This document shows, one piece after another, positions 34,781 to 52,510 of a stretch of 64,000 nucleotides of DNA; the first letter of the stretch is position 1; every line of letters begins with the position of its first letter. The position numbers were made by a program, and so were the translations under genes. Below the pieces are notes generated by a model. It had not been told where the DNA came from. It saw only the letters and a list, made by a program, of their open reading frames with translations, and searched no databases. The stretch is taken from NCBI RefSeq assembly GCF_009914755.1, contig NC_060938.1; one strand, written 5' to 3'. Origin of the DNA: the human T2T-CHM13v2.0 reference genome, Homo sapiens.

Positions 34781-36191
34781 TTTTCTTTTTTAGGGAGTTT
34801 CAATCTAAGGTATTTATGTAAAAACTGTGAAACTAATTTATTAAAATACTTATTCGATTAATCAAGGTATAAGTAGAATTCACTGATAGTTTTCAGTCGT
34901 CCTTCTACAATTCCATTTCTACAATGTTATGGCTTTTATAGTCCTTCCTCCTCCATTGTCATGTGACTGTCATTTTACAGCCCACATAATGCAAGATTTT
35001 CATATACTTAACATTTAGCATGAAATGAGCACTGGCCAATTAGAATGAGTGCCAGATATAAAAGGTATGGCTTCACTGGTGCATGCTGGCTGAATATCAG
35101 TCCTGAATATATAACAATTAATGTCTCCTGAGTTAGGTGCAGGAGCCATTTTTTTTCCAGTCATTCATATGAAACTCTAGCTTCTATAGATACCTTAAAA
35201 ATTAAAATAATCTTTAACACTTAGAATTCTAAGCACTATTTAGTAATCAAATATATCAATATGTATATCAACATCTTAAGGCATGACTTCTTTATATTAA
35301 GGGAAAATTCCACAACAGAACTTATTTTAGATATTGGCCTTAAAACTTTTATTTTAGATATTGACTATTTTATGTAGCAAATATTTGTTCATTAATCCAC
35401 CAGTTTGTTTGCTTTTTTTAATTGAGGCTTTCCTGTAGGTCAGCCATTGGGAATTCGAGGATGAGCAACACTACTTGGTCTTGCCCTTAAGAAACTACTG
35501 TAGTCAGGGAGCGAGAACTATTCCCAGTTCTGGTGCACTCAAGATATCATGTGGCAGAGGGGTATGTGGGCGGGAGGGTGTAAGAGGACATCCCTTGGCC
35601 TCACAAGATCTCTCAAGGTGTAAGAGCCAAAAACAATTTAACTTCATTTACATATGTCCAAAAAGGTAGCAATTAATTTGTAATCTATACTTTGTTCCAT
35701 TCATTGAGAAACTTCACTTACCTTGTAATCAGCATACCTTCAATAATTTTTTTTTTTTGGTCCATGTCTGGGGTTTTACTGGAACCCTTCCTTTGCTTTC
35801 CATACTCTATGTAGCACATACTACCTAGTGGAGTACTCACACATTGTTGGCACTCAGTAAATATTTGTTGAACAAATAAATGAATGAATATTTGCCCCTG
35901 GTACCATGGAGGATATAGGAAAAAATTGGAGCTGTTGTTCAGCCCTGTCATGAACTGGGTATTACCTGAAGAAAGTGAAGCATCTTGGCTGTTAGCAATG
36001 TTCAATTTCTTTATCAGAGTAGTGGTTACACATGTGTTCACCTTATGATTATTTGTTATGATTTATCAACTTTTATCAAGCTATATTTCACAACACAAAA
36101 ACTTAAAACACATGATAAAAAATAAGTGTAACAGCAAAAAAAAAAAAAAAAAAAAAGAGAGAAAGAGTGGAAGAAGGAATTTTAATTTTTA

Positions 36192-36239
36192 AGCCTCCCA
36201 AAGTTCTGGGATAATAAGCATGAGCTACTGTGCCCAGCC
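36192..36239 (-). mobile_element. Alu 5' fragment (~50 bp) next to an A tract
   Basis: 'agcctcccaaagttctgggataataagcatgagctactgtgcccagcc'. Confidence 0.8.
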
Positions 36240-37861
36240 TGGGCTGTCATTTTTTATACAATTAGGAAAGTTGTTCTGCTCCCTCCTTCAGTTTTGGATG
36301 ATGTTTGATTTTAGTCTTATGTAGACAGATCTTTCTGTATTATAATTTACACTGTTTAGAAGATAAATATGGTAGATAATACAAAGCAGTGTTATTGTTG
36401 CTCAGAATAGAACTTGGATAACATTTTTGACACTGTAATAATAATATTAAATATCACTATTAATATATTACATGATGGTTGAGATATTTACATAATATTT
36501 ATTAATCTTATCATTGGTATGTATTATAAAACTAAAAATGATACTGAATATTATTAATATATATTTTACATGTTTAGTTTTTCAATCATTAATCACTTAA
36601 AAAGAGAGCGAGATTAGACACAGTATTAATTTGTTACATGGTTTTTAACCTAAAACTCTGACAATTTTAGTTGATGAATACTCATTCATACCAAAGACCT
36701 ATTATTAGGAATAGAACTTGTTAAATATGTACATATGTACCTGATTAAAAAAACTAAAGCTTTGCAGTAAGAATTTGTATTTGTATGTACCAAAACAATA
36801 TATCTATATTTAGCTCTTATCTATAAAAATCTAATTGTAATTGATATGTCTAAGAAACACCCAAAACTCAGATTTTGATTCTTTTTTCCAGGATCTTTGT
36901 ACTTTATCCAGTTAGACTAGGTCTTTACTTTCAAGAAAAGAGAGACGAGAAGAGGGAAGGAAAACTCACTTAACATGTTTCATCAGCATGATCCATGAAG
37001 TTATCAGCAGGAAATATAAACAGATTATTTTAAGCAATGATCTTGCTAACAAAATACTTGAATGTGCTTTGTAGAGAAGTAGTTACCCACACATAACCCA
37101 TGACCTGTTCATTTGGCAGATTGCCATGAAGTATTTACTTGATAAGATTATTTATTGACATCTAGCTTAAAATGAATATTGCATTATGTCTGAATGTGAT
37201 TCTTATTACAAGGACAGAGGGATAATACAATAGTGAACCAATGATCACTTCCTATACTTCTGTCACTCTGTGACGCTGAGCATACTTCCCCAGAGTCCCT
37301 GGTTGGAAGGAGGGCACACTTACTATATGGGATGCATAGGTGCCAATGGTTGAAGTTGTGTTCATGCAGCATATCTACCCAGAATTGGTATGGTGTTGCC
37401 AGTGTAGGTGCTAATACTACTTAGAATGGTGAAGATTTGAGTACAGAAGCTTCCCTGAGAAGTTCTGTACTTTAGTCTTAATTACCATATATGGGGAAAA
37501 GTCTGTATCAAAAGGGCTGTGTATTCTTGACTGATCTTTGTGTCTCCCAACCTTTTCTCTTTTTCTTTGCTAGTTATGCCAGATGTTTCTAGTGTCTACA
37601 GGTATGATGGTCATAGTCACCACCATATCATAAGATACCTTCCCCCATTCCCTTTATCCTGACTTGGTATAAACAAGTTCCTTTTTCCTTTACCTTAACT
37701 GGGGCAGGTATGTATACAGGGAACCTTCAAATGGACTCTTAAAGAACAAAGGTCAAGCCCTGAAGTTTCCCATTGCAAGTGCATTCTAGCCTGTGGCACA
37801 CCAAAGTATTTGGAAAGCTCTGCTCTATCAGTTATTCAAGGACTGAGGTTCCTTCCCTCCT

Positions 37862-38160
37862 AAGCAACCCTGTCCAATAAAAATACAGTAGAAGCCACAA
37901 ATGAATCATACTTGCGATTTTTAAATTTTCTAAATCAAGAAAGTAAAAACACAATAAATTTTAATATCTCTTATTTAACCCAATTTGTCCAAAATATTGT
38001 TTTAACATGTAATTAATATAAAATTATTAATAAACAATTTCAAATTCTTTTTTGCACACAAAGTTTTTGAAATCCAGTGTGTATCTTATACTTAGAATAC
38101 ATCTCAATTTGGACTAGCAAAAACATTTCAAGTGCTACCACATTGGACAGTACAGATCTA
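37862..38160. mobile_element. MER33-like hAT-Charlie element
   Basis: 'ctgtccaata...tttaacccaa...tccaaaatatt...catctcaatttggactagc...catttcaagtgct...ttggacagt'. Confidence 0.8.
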
Positions 38161-38199
38161 GAGGTTCATTTTTCTAGGACCTCAGAATCCTCGATCTTC

Positions 38200-38433
38200 A
38201 GAATCCAGTCAGCAGACAAGGAAAAGAGAGTACATAAAATATCTCAAAGGAAGTTTTAAGGATTCAACCTGGCACCAAAGTATATCACTTCTACCCACGT
38301 TCCATTGGCCAGTATTTAGTCCATATGACCTGATCTAACTAACTGCCCAGGGCACCTGGAAAATGTCATTTAGCTGTGTGCCCAGGAGGAAAAAAAAATA
38401 GGTTTGGCGAGTACAGAGTAGAGTCTTTACCAC
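38200..38433 (-). mobile_element. MLT1 (J/I-like) LTR fragment followed by a MIR (~38440-38560)
   Basis: 'cacttctacccacgttccattggccag...tttagctgtgtgcccaggagga...tctttaccaca'. Confidence 0.6.
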
Positions 38434-39269
38434 AGCATAAGGTATTATTATTACCATATTTTACAGATCAGGAAATTGATGCCCAGGCAGATTAACTGAC
38501 ACTCTTGTTAATGAGAAAATGTAAGTAGATGCGAGGTCTTCACTCTCTGGAGTGATATTTCTTCCATCAGACTGCCCTTCTTTCTTTCCTTTATTTGTCC
38601 TTCAACCTCCCCTTTAACTCTGTGCATGTAGATGCAGCTCTTGCAGTAAACCTATGTCTTCAATATTTTATCACATTGGCTCTCCTAGGCTGTACTCTGA
38701 CTTAATGACAGTATCCTATTACTTCTGTTTTAGAAAATGATAAGCGCCCAGTATAATGAAGCAAATATGCCTTATTACTGGATCGTTTAACTAATAGTAC
38801 TATTTTCAGCATTGCATTATCATTTTGAGTGGGCCTTTTCCTTCCTCATACTGAAGCTCCTCATTCAAAGCAAAAGATTGTTAAGGTCCTCATCAAGCCA
38901 TTTCAATCAATGTATAAATTGTATTTTATGTTATAATGAACAGTCTGTTCAATTGAAGTTTTTAGCTTTTTAAAAGTGCTTAGAAGAATAGTAACAGAAG
39001 TGCTCTTAATGGTGAAATTATTGAACTGAAGTGCTTGGATAAGCTGTTTTATTTCTTAAATGAAAGGAGATATTTTAGATGGAGAAATGAGATAAATATT
39101 CCTCAAAGGAGACTGGTGGTAAAGAGTGACTGCTCTCCATGGATTACTGATTATAACACAAGTGTCCATCAAGAGCAGCTTTTATTGAAGACAGTTTAAT
39201 TGGACCACTGCCCTTTAGCTTTAAATTACCCACGGCAAACTGGTTTAGAGTTTTTGTTGCTGTCTGTCT

Positions 39270-41520
<2,251 letters not shown>

Positions 41521-41554
41521 TTCCCAATAGTTACTCCTCTGGTCCCATTACCTT

Positions 41555-41920
41555 TCATTAAGTTATTTTGTCACAATAAACAACTCTCAGATCTTCATGG
41601 CTGACAACAATAAGATACAGTCGTGCTCATGTTACATACCCATTAGGGTAGGCCTCAGCTCTGCTCCATGTCTTTGTCATCTGGGACTACACTAAAGGAG
41701 TGGCTCCATCTGGGATATACTAGTCTTCTGAAATCAGACAGGAAAGCGTGACAACAGAACCAATTGATGGCTTTTAGAATTCCAGCTACCTTATTTTGGC
41801 TCACATTTCATTGTATAAAGCAAGTCATATGGCCAAGCCTGATATCAATGGTGCAAGGAAGTACAGTCCTTTCATAGGGAGGAGCACTGAATATTAGAAA
41901 TGAAGAGTACAATCTACTAT
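41555..41920 (-). mobile_element. MLT1K/L-like LTR
   Basis: 'gctctgctccatgtc...ctcacatttcattg...gcaagtcatatggccaagcctga...aggaagta'. Confidence 0.6.
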
Positions 41921-42169
41921 AACCTCTAATTAATTTTTCCAGATAGGCACAGCAAACTTCAAATAACATAATCATAACTCTTAGAGCCCACTAGCTCCAA
42001 GTACTTAATTTGTATAGACCTATAATTGTTAGTGTTAATTATCAGTTGGTTCTTTCTATATGACAAACCACTGCAGTTGACTCAAGGTGGCTGATGTTGG
42101 CCAGGCTTAGCAGGCAAGTTCCTTTTCACATATCTCGTATCTGCCTTGAATCAGTGAGTTGGCCAAGGT

Positions 42170-42420
42170 AGGGCTGCATCTATGGTGAGGCAAATGAGGG
42201 ACTTCTCAGGCACAAAATTTAAGAGGATGACAAAAAAAACTTGGTAATCAAGATATATGATATTTTAATATAGTATTTTTGAAAACCAAAATTAATGCAA
42301 CCAAATCCATGATGAACAAAATATCAAAATTTTAAACAAAGACAGAAATAAGAACAATGCTGTGCCAAGCCATATTGGAGCCTAAGCCAAAAGGGAAAAT
42401 TAGTAATACTTATTCTGTCT
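42170..42420 (+). mobile_element. hAT-family DNA transposon fragment (MER96B-like)
   Basis: 'ggtgaggcaaatgagg...cacaaaatttaag...gtaatcaagata...aatccatgatgaacaaaatatcaaaattttaaa'. Confidence 0.6.
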
Positions 42421-42804
42421 TTATGAAAAATTATTGAAAAAGTATCACTTGAGTGTTATGTGTAAAGTATTATGTTACATGCAAAATGTATATTTTTATT
42501 TATGAGGTATATATAAATAGAGATGATTCTACTTAGTTAAGAAGTCATACGGTATTTATATCAAATAATTGTAGCTCTTTTCACAATTACAGTCTGATAA
42601 TATGCACAGTAGTTTGAGAATTCATTTTTTGAAATCTCCTTTAGACATTTTTGCATTTTTCTTTGAAAGTCTTACATGGTGGCTAATTTTCATGCTTTTT
42701 ATGGTAGATTTTTTTAAAAAACAGGCAAAAATTATTAAGGGTCAAGTGTTGGGTAAGTAAGCAGGGTTAAGCTGGGTATTAATCTTGATCAAAAATAAGA
42801 AATG

Positions 42805-43004
<200 letters not shown>

Positions 43005-43315
43005 TTAATAAACTGCAAATGCCATAAAGTTGTTATTTATTATTGATATAGCTAAACAAGTTTGGGTTTATGTGTTTCTGAATCAGGGGCTGGATAACTG
43101 ATCCATTCACAGATTTATTGATTAATGAATGGACTGCCCTCACCTAATGGCCGATAAGTCTAGGTGTGTCTAGATACTCACATATGCATACATAATCAAG
43201 GCCAGATCTTACAACCAAGCATGACTGAAATTCTGGAGGAAGGGACAGGGAACAGTTGATATAGATGTGGTAGGGACTGGTCACCCCATAGTAGAGCATT
43301 TGCTACTCTTTGTAG

Positions 43316-43702
<387 letters not shown>

Positions 43703-45632
43703 TAATTATACACATTCATACACACATATACACACACACTTCTTAGGAAAACATTAAGAAAAAAAGTCTAGGTAAATGCTTAAAAATCATTTTTTTTCCT
43801 GAGTTATACAAAGGAAGGAGACACTGGTGACTAGCATAAGATAAATTAAATATATTAGAGGGTTTTTGTTTGTTGGCTGGCAAGATTGAGTAAAATTTTT
43901 GACCATCTTCTTTCCAGCTTAGTCAGTTATACACATATTGTCTGTATCTATCCAACAATTGCTTGTTATTTGTCAGTGATATTAGTCAGGTAATTATAGC
44001 ATAGCAAACCTCAATTGGGCATTTATAGAATTACTTATAGAAAAGTAATCAGACCTGTTCCAAAATTTGTAGTCTAATGTTTGCACAAGGCACAGTAGTA
44101 ATCACTAGGATAAGTAAGGTACAATTCTTCCCCTCAAAGACTTTACCATCCAGTATCTCACAATGTAAGAAATAATCTTAAGGTGGAAGGCTTTACAATT
44201 AGCAAAACAGAAACACAGGCCTCAAATTAACTTCTACATTTAAAATAAGGGTGTTGGAAACATCAAAATGCAATGGCTGGGTAGTTGTGCTTATTAAGTG
44301 GTGTGTTTGAGCATCAGAATGTATTTGGCTGATTCAGCACATTGTGGTGGTTTTTTTTTTTTCTTCCATTTCCATCCTTTTTTTCCTTCCTACACACGCA
44401 GCAAGGTATTTCACTCAGCTGTGAAATATTTACCATTGCAAGGCAACATATAATTAAGTGCCGGAATGAGTGATGCAGTCAAGTGCTATTGGAGATCAGC
44501 GGACAAAGAATTCAGTGTGGCCTGGGACAGGCATTGTAGAGGAGACAGGGCTTAAATTGGATCTTGAAAAATATTTGATCGAGCACAGAGGAGGGATAGG
44601 ATGATGATGCAAGCAACAGCAATGCCATGAGCAAAAGGCAAGAACCAGAATGAGTCAGGCTTATTTCAAGGATAGTATGAAACCCATGTTCTCTGAAATG
44701 AGGATCTGGGTAGGAGGTGAAGCTGGCAAGGTAGACTGGGAAGCAGCTGATAATGGTAGAAAGGAACAAGCCATGGCCTGCAAGCCCAGAGACCTGAGTT
44801 CTGTCACTAACTGGTCTGTGTCTTTGGCAATCATTGAATCTTCTACTTCAATTATCTGTGATGTGAAATGATGCTTTCAGACTAAAAAAATCTCTAAGGT
44901 GGCTTCCTGTTTTAAAGTATTTTGTGATTCTTTTATGGTGATCCTTGATAAACTGGAATTAGGACTTTTGAATCTATCCTAACAGTCCTTAAGGTTGTTC
45001 TTAACAAGAAAATCACATAATGAAAGAGGGAATTCATCACATAGTGAAAGAGGTAATTATTGGTATTAAATTCAGTGAAGAATGATTGCCTTGGGAAAAG
45101 GGATTAGACATACTGGAGGAAGGAAACCAGCTTGAAGGCTATGCTGATAGTTCATATGGGAACAGGGTAGTTGAAATAGAAATCAAAAGGAGACAGACAC
45201 TAGAACCATTGTTTATTCATTCTATGTTGATCATCAAAACTATGCTAGGTTCTGAAGATCCGGTTGCAGGAAAGACAGAAGAGGCCCCTATTCTTGTGGA
45301 ACTTACATTCTAACAAAAGGAAAAACTCAGCAGGATTTGGTGATTGACCAATAGGATATTTGTGCCTTTAAGAGAATGACACTTACTGCAAGGCCAGATG
45401 TCTAGCTACAAAGGATTGACCACATAAATGTTGAACATTCATAAAATGAAATACTAGGCAGCCATACGGAATTATGAAACATACTTATTTACATGGGAGA
45501 CTATTCATATGTTATTGAGTTAGAAAAACACAAATATAGAATATGATCTAGAAAATTATATACCATTTTATATGAATAATAGGATTATTAGTGATTTATC
45601 TGATTACTCTTCATTCGGTGGTTGTTTATTGA

Positions 45633-46191
<559 letters not shown>

Positions 46192-47160
46192 TTGTTTATT
46201 GAGTACCTACTTTGTACCAAGCATTGTTTGGGGCTCTTAAGGATAAGTGGTAAACAAGATGGACACAGTCTGTTATTAGTTTTTTGTCTTATCTTTTCTA
46301 ACTTTTTTTTGTAAGGAACTCACATTATTTTTATGGCAAAATAATTTCTTAAAAAAGTTTAAAAAAATCCTTCCATTGGCCATTTGTGTGGTATGTGTGT
46401 TTTATGAATTCTCCTTGACCATACATTTGGAGTGGGTGCACTCTTTTAAATTACACTGTTCTGTCCTGTGTCTTGTCCAGGTCTTGCACAAGATAGGAGG
46501 TGGCTCCAGGACACCAGTCTCCTTCTTAGGGTAGATTAGGGCACTGTCTGCCCTTTGGTGAAGCCAGCGTGGTCAGAACTCCCAGATTTGGTTTGGCTCC
46601 AAGGCAAATAGAGTCCTGCTGGGACTCTGCTGGCTGTTTATAGTCCTTTCAAGGGTCCGGTCATTCCAACCTTGGTGTCTATTTACGTTTGCCGTATGTT
46701 ACTTGACGCTCCTTCATTCCCGTTGAAGCTGCCTCTCCCGGAAATCTCTGTCATTCCATAAGCCCTAGCTGCTGCCTCACCGTGCAGCTGACCTCATGCA
46801 GATTGAAAAACAAAATGTATTCTGGCTACATTTAAAGGAAGTTTTGAGGCCAGTTGATGGGCAAGGACTTGGCTGTATTACTTTGTGGGCGGAGCGCTTA
46901 AAGGGGGATCTAGCACTGGCTAGCACCAGATTCCAGGGCTCTTACACAAAAGCCTTTGTGTTATTTTTTCCTCCCTCTGCCCAGCTCTTCTCCCATGACT
47001 ACTAATAGTGTCTCTCTGCTATAATGCACTCATCATTGCCTTCTATTTTTAAAATGCTAGATCTTGCATATGCCAAAGAACAAACAGGCAAGCAAAAAGC
47101 CACCGAATTATTAAAAAGTATTCCATGTTCCTATAATAAATTATATAAGTAAACATATGG

Positions 47161-47314
47161 ATACATATATATATGTGTATATATATGTGTATATATATAT
47201 GTGTATATATATGTATATATATGTATATATATACATATATATATGTGTATATATATATACATATATATGTGTATATATATATATACATATATATATGTGT
47301 ATATATATATATAT
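47161..47314. repeat. (TA)n-based compound microsatellite with TG/CA interruptions
   Basis: About 150 bp of alternating purine-pyrimidine sequence. Confidence 0.95.
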
Positions 47315-48181
47315 GAAGAATTACCTACAATCTTATTCCCTGGAGATATTTTGATACAATTTCTCTGTATACTTGTTTTTACTTTGTGCTCACATGGTTT
47401 TTCTAAGCTTTTGTTCTACCACTTATATAGCCTACTTATAGACCTTAAGCTGTGTCTGTACCAATGTTTTCCACCTAAGATAGACCTATTCTTTCTATAG
47501 AGAACAAATGCTATTATAATTTGGTACTTAACTACTTTTTCTAACTTCAAGATGGCCTCTTGGCCCTCATCATATGATCACAGAATATTTGTTCATTTCA
47601 AGGAAGCATTCATTTAGTTTTTCGTGTTAGCTCTAGTTATGTGAAATCTCTGGAGTCATGCTGGCCAATCTAATCCTTACTGTTTGGATTCTGTGATAAC
47701 ACCGAGGGCTCCTTGGGGTCACTGATGATCTTGAGCTTTGCACCAACCTGAAGGAAGAAGGAGGAGAAGACGTTCCTCTGACCAAAATCATCCCACACTT
47801 ACCCTCTATCATCTGTTTAGAGTGTTAGAACATTGTTGACATTTGTGTGAGCAGTCCTGGAGCACAAATCCTTGATACAGTGTAAGTGAATGGACAAGCA
47901 ACACGGACAAAGTTTAATTGCAGGGTCCATTTTTTTGCTAGTTTCAGAAATAAATTTTCCTTAGGAATTTCCTTGTTGTCAGTGTTTTCTCTCTGATTAT
48001 TGAGTTCAGCTCTTTTCAGGCCAGACCTCTGTACATCTAGCTTTCTCTGTCTTCCAGAGTCTGATTAGTGTCACAAAGATGCCATGCAATTCCAAAGAGG
48101 CAAGATCTTTCTTGTTTCAGTGTTTCAGGTCTTTCTTTAATTCATTCTGTTTACAGAAATCATCTACTGCTACCTTCTTGG

Positions 48182-48464
48182 TTTTTTTTTTTTTTTTTTG
48201 AGACGGAGTCTCACTCTGTGGTCCAGGCTGGCTGGAGTGCAGTGGTGGATCTCAGCTCACTGCAACCTCCACCTCCTGGGTTCAAGCAATTCTCCTGCCT
48301 CAGCCTCCAAAGTAGCTGGGACTACAGGTATGTGCCACCACGCCTGGCTAATTTTTGTATTTTTTAATAGAGATGGGGTTTCACCATGTTGGCCAGGCTC
48401 GTCTAGAACTCCTGACCTCAGGTGACCCACCCACCTCGGCCTCCCAAAGTGCTAGGATTACAGG
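48182..48464 (-). mobile_element. AluSx-like, lacking ~20 bp at the 5' end
   Basis: Dimeric Alu ending at 'ggattacagg'. Confidence 0.92.
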
Positions 48465-51400
48465 TTGTATTAACTATTGATAACCCCTTTATATATTTAG
48501 TTCCCCATACCAGTTCTTTTTGTTCGGCCGTCTACTTTTGGCCACACATTTTTTCCTCTTTTCACTGAGCTAAACTGAGTGCTGAATTGCAGTAATAATC
48601 TCATTTTAAATGTCTCGTTCATCTTTCTCTTTCCTGTGTTTTAAAATTTTATCTTTAATAGTGTACCTTACTATTTGTAAGTCACCTGCCTTCTCCCCTC
48701 TGTTTTGGAAGCAGGTAAAGTATAAATCATAGAGAGATCATATAAGTTGTCCCATCCTTGTAAATCTCTCACATAGTCTTATGCATATTTTCTGTATCTC
48801 CAGCTCAGTTGTCCCTCATTTTGTTTCTTTAATTTTATTACTTACTTTACTTGTTAATTTACTTGTAGACATTTGGATTTTCACTAGACATTCACAAGAT
48901 GGTTTCTGTCTGTAGTTAAATAGTGGTGGGATGGGCATAAGATTTAGGGTACTGTGGAGGGGTGCTTTTTAATCATGTTGATTAATGTTGAAAGAAATGA
49001 CTTGAGGTTTGGTTGATATTTATATTTACTCAGAGCTAATTTTTTGATTCTGTTTTTCCTTTTGTTTGCCTTCTGAAACTCCACTCGTTGTTTGATATGA
49101 GTAGAATTCTGTGTGTATAATCAGAGAGAAGAAAGTTCTTTCTCACTAAGTTTATGGTCAATCTAAGTAAGCAATGAGTTTAAAAATTACTTTATAGACG
49201 AAATTAATCTGGAGGTTTAGAAAGTGCATTGAAATTGAATTTGTTTCTTAGCTGGCAACTGATTTCAAAACTGAAGCACTTTTGAGTGCTTTGAGGGATG
49301 TTAGCCAATGTTATAGGATTATTTGAATGAACCCTTCATCCTCCATTTTGGTGTGACATTGGGACATTAATAATGAATGATTACTGTACTTGGTGGTCAG
49401 ATATGCTATTCTGATCCATGTTTATTTCCCAGAGGGGCCTCTGGAAAAGGGCAATGAGGGTGGATTTAAAACCACAGTATTGGAATTCGATAACTTTAGT
49501 CTTGCTTTGTATGTCTAGGGCTTGCTGAAGAGTAGTTATAATACGGACAGTCAGTCAAGCAAGGAGCAGGCAAAATACCAAAATAGATTTTCATAACTCA
49601 GACATAAGCTGGATTCTGTGTTTTAATTTAGGCTCTAATGCTCAGCAATAAATTTTCCAGAAAATGTTCTAGATTGAAAATCTATCAGTACAAATTATTT
49701 GGGTTAGTGAAAGTAAACATAAGTTTATATAAACTAATTAGCAAAAATTATATGTTGCAATAAACCCTAAGGAATTTTGAAGGACTGAAATTTTAGTCAT
49801 GCAAAGTTTATCCCCAAGGGAGGACTAAGTTCTCAGATGTCTTTACTCCCCCAGTAATTACTCAAAGGCTTGAAAGTGGAAGATTCTGTATCTTAGGGTG
49901 TTGGGGTCACTCCAGGAGGTAAACAAGATCTTGCTTTGTCAAGTGATGGAAACTGTCCATAGAACTATCTCCTCCCTTGTGGGTTTATATGAAAATGTAG
50001 AAGAGGATTGGTAATCTATTCAGCTATACTCCAGGGCAAAGCAATCAATCAAATTAAAAAGGAGATGGAGTGAGTAAGGTTCACATTCCCACTCTTATTT
50101 CAGATTAATAAGTGTATTTTCCTTACCTATGTCTTTATTTCAATTCTGCTAAACTTAAGGAAAAAACAATCAGAGCAAACACAGTTAATAATCCTAGTAA
50201 CCAGAATTAATGATATGTTATTTATCTGTATACCTGGCTAATGTTACCTGGCCACCTGACATAGAGCCCTAAAAGAATGAGGGTGACTGTGGAGTGAGAG
50301 ATCCCTGCTTACACAAAAAGAATGCTGGGAATCTGAGGATCCTGCTGCTTTGGTATAATTCAGTTGCCTGCTTTGATATTATACTTTGTATCCTTCTTGT
50401 GCATAGTTTGACATGCATTCCCTGACTGTTGTTTTGCCATGGAACTGACTTAACCTCTTGGTTGTTTAACTTTTTATTTTTTTTCTTATTTCTCACAAAA
50501 GAAATACATCTCTAGTGGAGAAAAATTTTAAACATACAGATAAACAGTACAATAAAAATCATTTGTAATGCTGCCACCTAGAGAAAATACTATGAATAGC
50601 TTTGACATATTTTTTACTTTAGTATACATAGCTATACTTTTTTTCTATATAGAACTCTTTTATAACTTACTTCTTTTCTGGTAACAATATGCCTTGAACA
50701 TCTTCTGATGCGATTAAATATATTTTACAATGTTTTTAGCATCTGTGCATTTTTTTTCATTATGTGGAATACCACATCATGTTAAACTCATCTCTCTTTT
50801 TATAATTTTTCACCATTATAAACAAGTATTTGACAGCATTTCAGTAGGTAAATTCATTATTGCCTTAGAAAAGAATCCTGTGAATAAAATTGTTGGGTCA
50901 ATGGGAGGTAATGGAGCTTTCCAAAGGTTAATCGACAGCTTGCCTTCCCATCTACCCGATATGAAAGAATGATACTGGCTTCAGAATCTGGATTTGTTGT
51001 TATCTAATTTTCAGAACCTTAACCAAAGGACTTTGATCCTATGAGGCTTCATTTCCTGTTCTGGACTCTCAGATGTGAGACCTAAAAACTTGTGTCTATA
51101 ATATTAGCTCTCAACAGACATACTGTAGTTGTTTAAATACAAATCAACAGTCAAGCCAGTTGCTGTGGATATTTATTTATGTGGGGGAGGAAGGCATAGA
51201 AACACATCCTTAGAAGCTGTGCCATGGTCTTACTGATCTAAATAGATAAAAAGTACATCTAAGAAAGAGCTGCCAAAGGTCATACAATGAGTCAGCAATG
51301 AAATCCCAAATAGAACTTTGATTTCCTTAACTTCTTTCTCCCAGTAGAAAAAGTACTAATGAATAGGTCAGGAGAAAGCATTTGTAAATTAACCTGTAAG

Positions 51401-51826
51401 ATCCTTTATACCTTGAAACGCTCCAGAATTTCAATGGAGTTACTAGAAATTTACATCAGATAAAACAAATCTAAACTGCTAATGGATATTGATAGATTCT
51501 TTACAAGATAAAATCTTAAATGACTGTAATGAAGAAAAAGCAACAGGTGGTATAGGGAGTTGAAAATGAGACTCAAAGGAATCTGTGTATACCTCTTGCC
51601 TGGGAAAGGATAAGTAGGAGGGTGGAGGAGTAATGGCCTGAACCCAGCATAGCAACTAAGGAAAACACAACAAAAAGGGCCTCTCAGGACATTAATCCTG
51701 GAGTGAAGGTGGGGGTCTTAACTTTCATTCTGAATGAACCATAGACCTTTCCTCCTCAGCTTGGTGGTATGGATCTGCACTGTTATTTCAGGGCCTGTGG
51801 CAGGGTGACCTGCAGGAGTCCTAGAA

Positions 51827-52180
51827 TGTATTAGTCTGTTCTCATGCTACTAAAAAAAGACATACCTGAGACTGGGTAATTTATAAAGGAAAGAGGTTTA
51901 ATGGGCTCAGTTCCACATGGCTGGGAGGCCTCACAATCATGGCAGAAGGCAAAGGAGAAACAAAGGCAAGTCTTGCATGGCGGCAGGCAAGAGAGCTTGT
52001 GCAGGGGAACTTCCATTTATAAAACCATCAGATCTCATAAGACTTATTCACTACCAAGAGAACGGTGTGGGGGAAACTGCCCCCATGATTCAATGATCTC
52101 CACCCGGCCCCACCTTTGACACATGGGGATTATTACAATTCAAGGTGAATTTTGGTTGGGGACACAGCAAAACTATATCA
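51827..52180 (-). mobile_element. THE1C-like MaLR solo LTR
   Basis: 'tgtattagtctgttctcatgct...ggggacacagcaaaactatatca'. Confidence 0.9.
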
Positions 52181-52379
52181 GAGAGATACCTTTCAATGTA
52201 CCTAGGACTGGAACTCAAGTCTTCTGATTCTCACTTAGTACTCGTTCTACTACTTGGAAGAAATAACAGTAATTTTACAAGGTTTTTCAGAGATATGTAA
52301 AAACTTCTGGGTAACTAAAGCTTGGGCTGTCTTATGGGTGGAGTACACAAAATAAAAGAGAAAGAAAACAAAAGAAAAT

Positions 52380-52510
52380 CTTTGGGCTTGAGAGTACAGG
52401 TCACCCATCTAGCACTGTCTTTATAGATGAGGAAACTGAGGCTCAGCAATCTATGGGGATACAGATAACCAATACACACAGGGGCCAAGAATTCAGACTC
52501 TCTGATGCCT
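52380..52510 (-). mobile_element. MIR core
   Basis: 'ttatagatgaggaaactgaggctcag'. Confidence 0.6.

Noticed and set aside
35716-35724. Perfect - strand donor AAG|GTAAGT
   Set aside because: No convincing partner acceptor, and such 8-mers occur by chance at this window size.
47049-47500. Tyr/Ile-rich ORFs
   Set aside because: They are translations of the TA microsatellite.
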